From NCBI RefSeq assembly GCF_963921235.1, contig NC_086107.1, positions 113,772,001 to 113,836,000 on the forward strand: a stretch of DNA of 64,000 bases, read 5' to 3'. Both the position numbers and the translations under genes were made by a program. This DNA comes from Mobula hypostoma (Eukaryota). Below the pieces are notes generated by a model. That model was not told the DNA's origin. It saw only the letters and a program-made list of their open reading frames with translations, and did no database searches. Numbering within the stretch: position 1 is the first letter of the stretch; every line of letters begins with the position of its first letter. Positions 50,940 through 63,067 of the stretch are shown here, in pieces.

Positions 50940-51390
50940 CTTATATTCCGTCTGGGTAGCCTCCAACCTGATGGCATGAACATTGACTTCTCTAACTTCC
51001 GCTAATGTCCCACCTCCCCCTCGTACCCCATCCGTTATTTATTTATATACACACATTCTTTCTCTCTCTCTCCTTTTTCTCCCTCTGTCCCTCTGACTAT
51101 ACCCCTTGCCCATCCTCCCCCTTTTCCTTCTCCCTGGGCCTCCTGTCCCATGATCCTCTCATATCCCTTTTGCCAATCACCTGTCCAGCTCTTGGCTCCA
51201 TCCCTCCCCCTCCTGTCTTCTCTTATCATTTTGGATCTCCCCCTCCCCCTCCCACTTTCAAATCTCTTACTAACTCTTCCTTCAGTTAGTCCTGACGAAG
51301 GGTCTCGGCCCAAAACATCAACTGTACCTCTTCCTAGAGATGCTGCCTGGCCTGCTGCGTTCACCAGCAACTTTGATGTGTGTTGCAAGG
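50940..51390 (+). mobile_element. Penelope-like derived repeat with hammerhead-like motif
   Basis: LIFRLGSLQPDGMNIDFSNFR (endonuclease C-terminus), then CTGACGAAGGGTCTCGGCCC at about 51292. Confidence 0.7.
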
Positions 51391-51690
51391 TATTAGTTCT
51401 CCAGTTTCCAGTCCCCTCTACGGCTGTGGAGGAGGCTGCGGAGAGATAGGTCGGAATGGGATTGAGAATTACAGTGGCGGGCAATGGGGTGCTCGGGATC
51501 CTCCTTGGTGACTGATCGCAGTTGCTCTGCAAAGTGGTTTGCCCAGTGTAGAGGAGGCAACATTGTGGATACAAAATGCAGCACGGTAGGATGGAAGGAA
51601 TGCAAGAAGTCTAGTCAGAGCCCATAGAGGAGTGTGGAGGAGATGTAGTGAAGGGTGGACAGAAAGAAATGGTGGGCAGTATACTCTGGG

Positions 51691-52001
51691 CACGTGGCCA
51701 AGTGGTTAAGGCATTGGACTAGCGATCTGAAGGTCATGAGTTCGAGCCCCACCCGAGGCAACGTGTTGTGTCCTTGAGCAAGGCACTTAATCACACATTG
51801 CTCTGCGACGACACTGGTGCCAAGCTGTATGGGTCCTAATGCCCTTCCCTTGGACAACATCGGTGTCGTGGAGAGGGGTGACTTGCAGCATGGGCAACTG
51901 CCGGTCTTCCATACAACCTTGCCCAGGCCTGCGCCCTGGAGAATGTAGACTTTCCAGGCGCAGATCCATGGTTTCGCAAGACTAACGGATGTCTTTATTT
52001 G
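51691..52001 (+). mobile_element. tRNA-derived SINE with CORE-like body and RTE-like tail
   Basis: A box TGGCCAAGTGG, B box GTTCGAGCC, CORE-like GTGTCCTTGAGCAAGGCACTTAA. TSD TACTCTGGG at 51682-51690 and 52002-52010. Confidence 0.8.
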
Positions 52002-52199
52002 TACTCTGGGTGTTCCAGTTTCCTCCCACTGTCTAAAGATGTACCCATTGGTAGGTTAATTGTTCATTGTAAAATTGTCCCATTATTAGGCCAGGGTTAA
52101 CTCGGGGGTTGCCGGTGACACAGCTCATTTGGCCGAAACGGCCTATTCCACACTGTATTTCTAAATAAGTAAGTAAATAAATAAATCTATTTGTTTCAG

Positions 52200-52272
52200 A
52201 GCTCATCAGCTACTCATGGTAAAAATTCACGCACTGATTGGAAATTTCCAGAAGAACGGAAGAGCAAAAAAG
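52200..52272 (+). CDS. CARD10: CARMA-family gene, exon 16 (end of SH3/HOOK)
   Basis: ttgtttcag|...|gtattt, 73 nt, phase 2-0. AHQLLMVKIHALIGNFQKNGRAKK; compare CARD11 AQQLLLVKL (recalled). Confidence 0.9.
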
Positions 52273-53939
52273 GTATTTTGTCAGAAAATTGTGGCTGAGG
52301 TGCATGAATTGTGTGGCTAGGCCTCAGGTCAAATGGGGGCTTGCACACAGGACATAGATCAATACAGCCCACAGGCCCATGATGCTTTCAGCTAATCGAC
52401 CAACCAGTATCCGGTTTAATATATCATGAAGTTTGTTGTTTTGCAGAAGCAGTACATGGCAATACACAATAAAAACTATAAAGCACAAGAAAAATAGATT
52501 TGAAAGTTAAATTAAGTAAGCAGTGCAATAAGGGAGCAAAGAAGACGTTGAGGTTATGCTTTGTTCTCATTGCCACCATCAGGAAGGAGGTACAGGAGTC
52601 TGAAGTCACACACTCAACGATTCAGGAACAGCTTCTTCCCCTCTGACATCTGGTTTCTGAATGGACATTGAAACCATGAACACTACCTCACTGCTTCTTT
52701 ATTTCTATTTTTGCACTACATTTTTAAATATTTTACATACATGCTCATTATCATCCACAGCTTTTCTCAGTTATTTGGTATTGCATTGCACTGCTGCTGC
52801 AAAGACCACAGATTTCATGACATATGCCGGTGATATTAAACCTGATTCTGATTCAATGGAATGAGTGGTCTGTGTAGGAAAGAGCATCCCAGCTCTCCAG
52901 TTGATCCAGAATTATGTTGGGAAGAGCATAAACACAAGGTACCTCCATAAGAAGAGACTGAAGGCAACTGAAATAGATCTGTTGTACTAAATAATATTGA
53001 TGGTCTCTGCCCTGCCAAGCACCTTAAGGATGCTGAAGCCTTGTAGGTATTTACATGTGGTCAGACTTTCTGTCCCTGTCACCCAGTGGGTCCCAGTCCA
53101 CTATCACCAGAGCTTCAGAATAGATGGCTCTTGTTCGAAAGGGCCTCAAACTGAAACTCCCCCTTTAACTTGAAAAGTCAACTTTTCAGCCAAGCAGCTG
53201 GCCCCGGCAATGATCTCATCATCACCGAACGGGCAACGGATGGCACCCTGCTTTGGAGTTCAGAGTTCAGTTCTGACGTCCTCTGTAAAGAGTCCCTACG
53301 TTCTCGGCATGGAATGTGCAGTTTTTCTCCAGGTGCCCTTGTTTCCTCCCACCGGCCAAAGACAATGCCGGTTAATAGGTTAATTGGTCATTGTAAATTG
53401 TCCCGTGATTAATTTAGGGTTAAATCGGGGTTTGCTGGGTGGCGTGGCTCAAAGGACCGGAAGGGGCTACTCTGTGCTGTATCTCTAAATAAATAAAAAT
53501 AAACATAGTCAGCACAACATTGTGGGCCGAATGGTCTGTATGTTGTACTCTATCTAAGGATATCATCACTGGGGTTTTAAAGCATCTTCCCACCCTCCCA
53601 CCCAGTTCTAGAGTCTCAATCTCCTACCACTGTGCAGCTGGAAAAAATGCTATCTAAAACAGTCCCCCCACCACAATATTTTGATAAATTATGGTAACTC
53701 TAAGACCTCACTTAGTGGCATCTTTGCTGGGCTGTTGTTGACCACCTCTCTGGGAGACACACTGACATGCAGTCAAATGGCGCTCTCTCCCCGGTACCAG
53801 GTAGTACAGCTACTAGGACCTGGTGTTTCAATCCCTATGGTAAGTTGGCACTCTCGATGTTGGCAGTGGGTTTGGAGAGGTGACAAGGAGCGAGAGTAGG
53901 TACGTCATCAGGGTCATCAGGTGGGCACCCTCCTTCTTT

Positions 53940-54415
53940 GACTTTTCATTGATAAGCTCACAACATCTCCAGAGGGCTCAGCAGGGCTACCTGGCGTCCC
54001 AGATACACCCCCCTCAGTTCTATACCCTCCTGCCCTCATCTTGCAGCCCAGTTGTTGTCTTTCCTTTTAATCCAAATCCAATTGCTGCTTTCTTCTGCTG
54101 CATTTGACAAGGACTTGATTGTTTGTTGGAGGGAGTGACCCCTCACCCCCATCTTCTTTAATAGACTGGTTGTAGATGTAGCAACGAATCCCCTGCATCC
54201 CTCTTCTGCAGGGAAAATCTTGGTCTTCCAGCCATTCTGGGCAGCTTCAGTTGCCAGTTCAGAGTACTTGGTCTTTTTCTTCTCATAAGCTTCTTCGACA
54301 CCATCTTCCCATGGTACTGTCAATTCCATAACATACGCCAGCTTGGCTGTTGTGGACCACAGGACCATGTCTGGCCAGAGTGTTGTTGCCGCAATGTCTG
54401 GGGAAAACACAAGCT
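53940..54415 (-). mobile_element. HERO-like (R2 superfamily) non-LTR 3' fragment with restriction-like endonuclease
   Basis: PDMVLWS...ELTVPWEDGVEEAYEKKKTKY...GW...GCRGF...SSNWIWIKR. Confidence 0.8.
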
Positions 54416-54503
54416 AGATAAGAACTTGAGTCCAAGTCTGCTGCATTGGCGTGGCAGTTACAAGATTTTTTTTTCAGCTTCTGTCTATTTGTGTTTCATG
54501 AAG

Positions 54504-54615
54504 AATCACAATAATCTGAAGATGCTGGGTGGAGACCGAGTGAGGATTGTGGCAGCGCGGATTTCTGGGAACCCTTCCAGCACCTGTAGTCCTTCCTACA
54601 GCTTCTCCCTTGAAG
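54504..54615 (+). CDS. CARD10: CARMA-family gene, exon 17 (HOOK)
   Basis: ttcatgaag|...|gtgagt, 112 nt, phase 0-1. NHNNLKMLGGDRVRIVAARISGNPSSTCSPSYSFSLE; compare CARD11 ERVRII (recalled). The acceptor position is less certain. Confidence 0.8.
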
Positions 54616-57600
54616 GTGAGTCGGAGTCTGGAGATTATGGAAGCAACTTCCAATGAAGGAAACAGTTAAACCATCCCAAACAGGGGGTTCCTGTTCAAAA
54701 GGTTCTCAAGATAAAAATCCCTCTTTGTTTTGCTCAGTGCTGAAGGCCTTTAGTTACCTAAAAGTTGCTTATAAAGAGGCCAAGTCACACGATGTGAGAG
54801 ATTCTGTAGATGTTGGAAGTCTAGAGCAACACACACAAATACGCTGGAGCAATTCAGCAGGCCAGGCAGCATCTGTGGAGGGGGAATAGGCATTTTGGGA
54901 CGAGAGCCTTTATCGGGACTGGAAGGGGAAGGGGCAGAAGCCACAATAAGAAGGTGGGGTGGGGGTGGGTGATGGGGGAGGCATATAAGCTGGAAGATGA
55001 TAGGTGAGATCATGTGAGGGGGAGGTGGGGGATGATGAGAGAAGCTGGGAGGTGAGATTTGGAAGTGGAAAAGAAGGAATCTGATAGGGGAGGACGGGGA
55101 GGAGGTGGAGGACTGAAGGGAGAGGATGGGAAGGTGACAAGGGGGGAGGGGGAGAGAAGACCACCAGAATGCAGAAACAGAAAGAGACTAAACTGCCCAT
55201 TAAACAAGTTCTGCTTCCTAAGCTTATTCCACTGGCTAAGCTCTGGAATCAGAGTCACAGAAAGAGACCCTCCAGTCAGTTTTTCCAGGCAACGGAGATG
55301 CCCACCTGACTTGGTCCCATTTGCCAGTGTTTGCCTCATTTCCCTCTCACCCTTTCCTATCCACGTACCTGTCCAGCTGTCTTCTGAATGTTGTTATTGC
55401 CCCCTGCTTCAACCACTTCCTCTGAAACTTGTTCCAAATACACACCACCCTCGACCTAAAGGAATTGCCCCTTGGGTCTCTTTTAAATCTTTCCCCTCAC
55501 GTCTTAAATCTACGCCCTTGACATCCAGATGCGCATGGGCCTCCAATCCCAGTGACCTGGGCCCTCGGGGTTCCTCGGGACCCTCGTGTCTCCGTCAGAC
55601 TGCATCCTGGGTTCTTCAGCCTTCAGCTTTGCCCTCCAAACCTCACTGGGTTTGATCTTTGGGCATCTGCTTCTGGACTCTCATGGGCTCGTACTGGAAT
55701 TCACGTCCGTTTTAACCCTTTCTTAGGCAATATTCAGTTTTTTTAGAAGAATGACGGAGGATCTCATTAAAACCTGTTAAATATCGAAAGGCCTGGATAG
55801 AGTGGACATGGAGACTATGTTTTCTGTAGTGGGGGAATCATGGACCAGAGCCATAGCCTCAGAATAGAAGGACAACCCTTTTGAACGGGGGCGAGGAGGA
55901 AATTCTTGAGCCAGAGGATGGTGGATCTGTGGAATTCATTGCCACAGACGACTGCAGAGGCCGAGCAATTGGGTATATTTAAAGCAGAGGTTGATAGGTT
56001 CTTGATTAGCAAATGTGTCAAAGGTTATGGGAATGGTGGAATAGACCAGATGGGCCAAATAGCCTCTTTCTTATGATTCCCTCCACCTTTCCATTCTCCC
56101 ACGGTCTACTCACCTCTCCTATCAGATTCCTTCTTCTCCAGCCCTTTACCTTTCCCACTCACCTGGCTTCACCTGTCACCTGCTCCCTTCCCCCTCCCCT
56201 ACCTTTTTATTCTGACATCGTCCTCCTTCCTTTCCAGTCCTGAAGAAGGGTCCTGACCCAGAACAACTGTTTATTCATTTTCATAAATGCTGCCTGATCT
56301 GCTGAGTTCCTCCATCACTGTGTGTCTGTGTCTGTGTTTCTGTGTGTGTATGTTTGTGTGTGAGTGTGTGTGTGTTTGTGTGTGAGTGTGAGTGTGTGTG
56401 TCTGTGTCTGTGTTGCTCTGGATTTTCAGCATCTACATAATTTCTTGTGTCTATATTTCCAGTGGTTTATTTAATAAACGTTTTAAGTTCCTCAAGTATT
56501 GTGCTGGGGTCTAAGTACCCATTTACATCACTGGCCCAGTCACGTACGCAGTCAGTTCCCCTTCGTAAGTTCCAGAAGAATCTGGTTCCACAGCTATTCA
56601 GTCAGCTAATTCCCAACGGCAATATTGCATTTCTAGTTGGATTATTTTGAAATTTAACTGTGACTTCGGATTCCTAGTCTCTGTCATGGTAAATTAAATT
56701 ACAAAGATTAGAGTCGTAGAGTCCTGGAATTATACTACACACAACAAGCCTTGCAGCCCATCATGTTCATGCTGGCCCTCTTGCCCAACGACACTATTTC
56801 CATTTCTCCTCATTAGGTTTGTCTCTCCTATGCCCTGCCTACATAAGTGATAGGTGGTTCGACCCACGGGGAAAATATACTGGCTTTCTACTCTGTCTAG
56901 GCCTCCCATACTTTTTTTTAAAACTCCATTGGGTCTCCGCTCAGCCTCCAAAACCCCAAAGGAGACAGCCCAAGTTTGCTCAATCCCTCCTTATAATACA
57001 TACTCTCCAATCCAGAAACCATGCTGGTAAATTTCTTCTGAACCTTCTCCAAAGACTTCACTTCCTTCCTGTTATGGGGTGACCTGACTTGAATGCAATT
57101 CTCCAGAAATGTGATATCACTTCCTAAAAGAGCAGGTGCTGCATTTCCCGTTCTGACTTCTTTTTGAAGAAGGAGAACCACGCGGTCACGGGGGGAGGGG
57201 GTGTGCGGGGAAGAGTAGGACAGCGGCGGCAACTGAACCCCAGCCGCTGATCGCTGGCGCAGTTATAGCGATGACAGGAGACCTGTGCGGGAGAGTTTTT
57301 AAAGTGGAAAAGTCGGCGCACTGGGGCAGTTCCCCTCTCTCGACCTCAGAAGTCCGGGTCCATTGATGCGAGCAAGCGTCACAAACCGGGGTCTTCCCTG
57401 GTTGTGGTGGAGGACCGTGACATCTTCTGGGCCTTGTCATGTCCTTCGCTCTCCTCGGAGCGTTGCAGTGCCGCCCTCCTGACCATTTGGATCTCACTGT
57501 AGATTTGTTTGTTCATTGATTGAGATATGGCATCGAGCAAACCCTCCCGGTCCTTCGAGCCGCACCGCACCGCACAGAAGCCCACCGTCCCATTTAGTGC

Positions 57601-59188
57601 ATGGGACAATTAGCCCACCGACCAGCAGGTCTTTGGACTGTGGGAGGAAACCCACCAGCCATGGGGAGAGCGTACTAGCTCCTTACAGGCAGTGTCGGGA
57701 ATTGAACCCGGGTCGCCCGCACCGTAAAGCGTTGTGCTGACCACTACGCTACCGTGCTGCCCGGTGCACCAGCGCTGCACTTCGCATGCTGGGACGGGCA
57801 AGTCCCGATCTCACCGGGGTACAAGGCCGCCGGCTACACTCGCCCGGTTCAGGCTGTCTGTCGAAGGGGTGCTGACACACGCAGACGGCTACTTGGAGCC
57901 GCAGGTGAGGGCTGAGTGTCCGGTGAGGACCAAAAGTGAGTGAGCTGCCCCAGAAAGGGCACAACAAGCCCCTCCCTGGGCATCCCACGTTTTATATAGA
58001 TATCTTTACATTCGACAGACATTAGCACAGTACATTCAGTAGTGTTAATACAATTTCAATAAACTGGTGCACCATTCCCACTCTGGGATGATACACCCTT
58101 TCATTGTTTGAGCAGATCCCCACTCGACTCAAACCCTCCATGATCTGAGGCGGAAGAAGTCTAGACTGTATTACCTTGTTAACAGTAAAAGGAACATCGT
58201 GTACTTTAAAGGTTAAAAGATCTAAAGATTAGCTTTGTTTGTCACTTGGGCGTTGAAACTTCGGAACATACAGTGAAATGCGTCACCTGCATCGATGACC
58301 GACACGGCCCGAGGATTGTGCCGGCCGCAGGTCACAAATGGCATCGAGTTCCAGCGCCAACGTGACGTGCCCAGCCCACTCGTCTGTGGGATGTGGGAAG
58401 TAAATGGAAAGCCTGGAGGAAGCCCACGCTGTCACAGGGAGCTCGTACAAACCGCTTCCAGACAGCGGCAGGAGTTGATCGCCAGTCGAGATTGCCGTGT
58501 CACACCAACCGCTGCATTATCGAGTCACCCATCTGTCAAACCGGTGCCTTTGTTTACTAATCAAAGGAAGGGCCGCACGGGGTTAAGTTAAACTCTGTTG
58601 CTGTATCCTGGCTGTGGTTCATGTCTGACCACAGATGAGTCCAGTTTGCAAGGATGTTGCCAGGACTTGAGGGCCTGAGTTATGGAGAAAAGTTCAGACT
58701 TCATTCTCCGGAGCGGAGGAGAGTGAGGGGAGATTTGATAAGAGATATACAAAATTATGAGTGATAAATGCAAACAGGCTTTTTCCACTGAGGTTAGGTG
58801 AAACTAGAACCAGAAGTCAGGGGTTAAGGATGGAAGGTGAAATATTTAAGGGGAACATGAAGGGGGGGTGTTTCTTCACACACAGAGTGGTGAGAGTGTG
58901 GAACAGGCTGACAGCCAGTTCGATTTCAACACTTAAGGGAAATATGGATAGGTACACGGATTGGAAGGCTCTGGAAGGCAGGTCAATGGGGCTCAACAGA
59001 TTAATAGTTCAGCACAGACAAGATGGGCCAAAGAGCCTGTTTCTGTGCCGTAGTGTTCTATGACTCTGACTCTAGTTAAACTCAACTCTAATGTAGGGAA
59101 TGGGTCTCCAGCCTGCCAGAGAAAGGGTTTTGGGGAGTGAGCGAGACCAAGAATTGTATTAAAGCTGTGATGCCTTCTTGAATTGCAG

Positions 59189-59344
59189 CTAAGAATAAGA
59201 AGGTTACACCTTACAGCCTCGTTCAGCCCATCAGTGTGCATCAGAAGAGACCGGTGCTGATCATGCCGACAGTTTTAGCCAAGCCCCTGATCCAACGCAT
59301 CCTCCAGTTACCGGCCGCCTCAGAGTTTGACATTGTGCAGCCAG
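59189..59344 (+). CDS. CARD10: CARMA-family gene, exon 18 (start of GUK)
   Basis: aattgcag|...|gtagga, 156 nt, phase 1-1. KNKKVTPYSLVQPISVHQKRPVLIMPTVLAKPLIQRILQLPAASEFDIVQP. Confidence 0.93.
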
Positions 59345-59451
59345 GTAGGAATGTCAAGTTCAATTTGAAGTTCAAGTTTATTGCCTTTCAGCTGTACACA
59401 TGTATACCACAAAATGAGACAATGTTCCTCTGGACCAAGGTGAACAATACA

Positions 59452-59645
59452 GTACATATAACTCACACATATAACTCACACACATAACTCACACACATAA
59501 CTCACACATATAACTCACACACGTAACTCACACACATAACTCACACAAATAACTCACACATATAACTCACACACATAACTCACACATATAACTCACACAC
59601 ATAACTCACACACATAACTCCCACATATAACTCACACGTAACTCC
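59452..59645. repeat. About 14-bp tandem repeat (CACATAACTCACAC)n
   Basis: Direct reading of the sequence. Confidence 0.92.
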
Positions 59646-59649
59646 TAAA

Positions 59650-60230
59650 GTGAGTGAGTGAGGCATCTGTTGGCAGGGTCGGCAATGGATGTTGGTCCTG
59701 CCTGTCTAGATACACAAGCCAGTGCTGTACGATATGGAGAGCAAGCTGTTGTTCAGGTAGAAGGGTCCCACTCTCCATTTGTCTGATTAACCCAAAGGAA
59801 CGGCAAGGCAATTCGATACCAGCAGCATTGCTGGGGTTGCTAGTCAGTGTTGAGCTCAATGTAGGACTGCCTTAGGGACTCCTGCTCCAGATTTTTCCTC
59901 GGGATTTACTCCCAAAGTCCTCCCAATGAGTGGGTTTAGCTGCAAGGCAGCAGAGGTTTGAGATCAGAGTTTTCTTTGCCCTAGATAGGCTGCCAACCAC
60001 AGCTGACAAGCCCCATCTGCCCAAAGAGACTGGTTTTAAGAACCAGTAACTCACTTTTGCCCCTTCTCCTGTCAGAAGAAACTGGTCCACCGGGCTTAGT
60101 AGCTAAGCCACACGTGAAGGCCAGGAGCTGGGCTTGGTTGTCAGACCCTATTTGAGATGCACACCATTGGGAGCATTTAATAGGTAGTGGGAGCTTATCC
60201 CCACTACCACCCCCAGGTATAACAGCCTTA
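59650..60230 (-). mobile_element. Non-autonomous RTE-clade (AviRTE-like) element
   Basis: The minus strand has an RTE-like 5' UTR (CAGCTCCTGGCCTTCACGTGTGGCTTAGCTACTAAGCC) and a 3' end CAGATGCCT followed by (CACT)n. No ORF. Confidence 0.55.
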
Positions 60231-62951
60231 AGAACACATAAATGAATACTCCCACAAATAAATTAACACATAATAAGGAACACATAAGACACAAGTCAAA
60301 AAGTAAAAGTGTAACACTCCTGGTGCCTCACACATGATGAGACCCAGATGGTCCTACGACCTGAGAGAAGAAGCTGTTTCCCATCCTAATAGTTCTTGTC
60401 CTGGTGCTATGGTACCTTCTGCCTGACGACAGGGGGTCAGAGATTGTTGTATGGAAGGGAGGGATCACTGACAAAGCTAAGGGCCCTGCGTACTCAGCAC
60501 TCCTGATAAAAATCTCTAATGGAAGAGAGACCCTGATAATCCTCCTCACTCAGGAATGACACACAAGGAGACCAGTCACCCACTCTGGCTCTAGTGATGG
60601 GTTCATAAATCGAATTGTCCGTCACAGAAACCGGCCCTTCGGTTCTCCCGTCCATGCTGACTCTGATGTTAATACCATTTACCCACATTAGGACCATAAC
60701 CTTCCGTGCCTTTCCCATCCAAATGCCTGCTAAATAGTGCACTTTCATCTGTGTTACTCCTCCCCCGGTAGCTTTGACCCTCGGAGTTCTTCCAGCGGTA
60801 TGTTTTCTGTCTCCTGGATCCTGGGTCACACTTTGCCAAGTAGTGGGATCCTAACCAACACACTAGACGCTGGTAATACTTGTTCTTTAACAATAATACT
60901 CTCAGGAAATGTAGCGGAGCCTTGACCTGCACGCAAAGCAGTGGAGATGATTTAGTGGTGAGCGATAGGTTTCATAATAAACTCCAAAATAACGAGCCAT
61001 GGGGGGGGGCCACAAAACAAGAGAGGAGGGTTACTGAACACGACAAGGCAACAAGGTAACTGAAGGCCAGGAGTAACTGGTTAAGAATGGCCGGTTCAGT
61101 GGGTGTACAAAGATTGTGGATGAGAGCTGGGTTTAAATAGGCTGCAGGCGATGAGCTAGAAATGAGTGTCAGGTGACTTCTGTTAGCTGGGTGGAAACTG
61201 TGCAGTCCTGTCAAATACATATTTTTAAAATTTTGCACAATCGTCTCTTGTGCTATGTTGGCGCCCGAATAGGTAGCCAAGCTTACAGGCTGCCTCCAGC
61301 ACACCCTTGGCCTGTTGGTTGTTGACGCAAATGATGCATTTCACTGTATGTTTCGATGTACATGTGAGAAATAAGCTTCAATCTTAAACCTTCTGTGGGA
61401 CTTTATTGGTCTCTTAAAATATCCAGCTAGACTACCTCATCTGTTTCCACTTCAGTATTGTACCAGTTAGAACCTCAAAAACATCAGTAGGTTTGTTAAT
61501 CATGATTTCCCTTTTCATAAAACAGCCCTGACTTTACTTAATTCCATTACCAGTTTCTGCGTGTACGTTTACTGCTAATATTTGGCGATTGTGCTGGCCT
61601 CGGAGGGGTCCAAGGGAGGATCATCAGAATGATCCCGGGCATGGAAGGGTTAATGCCTGAGGGGAGTTTGATGGCACTGGGCCTGTACTCACTGAAGCTT
61701 AGAAGAGTGGTATAAAAAGTGGTTTTGTTGAGGAATGAGCTGCCAGAGGAAGTGGCTGGGAACGGTATACTAGCAACTTTTAAAAGAAAGGTACATGATT
61801 TGAAAGGTTTAAAAGGTTATGGGCTAAACTCTGGCAAATAGAATTAGCTTGGATGGGACATCTTGGTCAGCATTGGCCAGTTGAGCCAAAAGGCCTGTTC
61901 CTGTGCTGAATCTTTGGCTAGCTACGGATAAAGCGCAGTGCTGGTAAACAATAAAGTGTAAGACCGTAACGAGGTAGTGATTATAAAAATAATGAGAGAA
62001 ACTATAGGGAGCAGCTTCCGGCACCATCAGAATCAGAATCAGGTTTAATATCACCGGCACGTGCTGTGGAATTTGTTACCAGCAGTGCAATGCAATGCAT
62101 AATAATAGAGAAAAATGTTAGTTACAGGAAATATATAAATAATAGTTCAATTAAATAAATAATGCAAAAATAGAAATAAAAAAGTAGTGAGGTAGTGTTC
62201 ATGGGTTCATGAGGTATTACTTCTTGAAGATTTCCTGGATACTACATCTCTTGCAGCCTGGAATATACAACGTGAGTAAGCGATGGAGGCTGGGACTCTC
62301 ACAACATTTAAAAATGACCTAGATGAGCACTTGAATTGCCAAGGCAAAGAAAGTCAGCTTCCTTACTTTTCTCCCCTGGTCCAATGGCCTCTCCTATCAG
62401 ATTCCTCCGTCTTCAACCCTTCACCTCCCAGCTTCTCAATATCATCCCCCTTCCCCCTCACCCAGTCTCACCTATCACCTGCCACCTTGTACTCCTTCCC
62501 CTCCCCGCGCTGCTAACTCTTCCTTTCCAGTCCTGAAGGAGGGTCTCAGGCCCAGACATCGACTGGGTATTCATTTCCATAGATGCTGCCTGACCTGCTG
62601 AGTTTCTCCAGCACTCTGTGTGACTTGCAATAGACCAGGCGCTTGTAGATGGGATCAGTGTGAAGGGTCAACACAGACATCTTGGGTCAAAGGGCCTGAG
62701 AACTCCACCACAATACTTCCAAGTCGAGCCACACAGGAGCAGCTGGAACCCCAGCTAGAGGATGGTGACAACGGTGTGCCAATTCCTCAGTTATCATTAG
62801 AGTCTCAGCTTCTCTCGAGGAGGATGGGAATGGTGACTTGAACAAAGGAGCTTCTGGCAGAGTAAAACTTGACACCAGCGTTTACTGTAAAAGGTGGTGT
62901 TGGCAGCTTCTTCTCTCCACTGAATAGAATCTTTATGGCTTTCCTTTCTAG

Positions 62952-63067
62952 AGGTTCTTACTGAAGAGGAACTGAAGACCAAAACGCGGTTCTCCTTCCA
63001 AAGGATCCTGAATCAGGACAAATATGAAAGCATCACGCTGGAAGCCATCAGAGATGTCATAGCTAAG
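62952..63067 (+). CDS. CARD10: CARMA-family gene, exon 19 (GUK); the gene continues beyond the window
   Basis: cctttctag|...|gtatga, 116 nt, phase 1-0. EVLTEEELKTKTRFSFQRILNQDKYESITLEAIRDVIAK; compare CARD11 ..NIEAVAAK (recalled). Confidence 0.92.

Noticed and set aside
51688..51770. tRNA gene
   Set aside because: It is the head of a SINE with body, tail and TSD; I see no proper acceptor stem.
57763..58073. Element bounded by GGTGCACCAG...CTGGTGCACC inverted ends
   Set aside because: There is no TSD and no second copy in the window, so it cannot be classified.
60080..60150. HDV-like ribozyme in the RTE-like 5' UTR
   Set aside because: A 7-bp hairpin (GGCTTAG/CTAAGCC) is visible, but I could not build the double pseudoknot by eye.
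60750..61213. Possible solo LTR
   Set aside because: The composition is LTR-like, but the left terminus and TSD could not be fixed.
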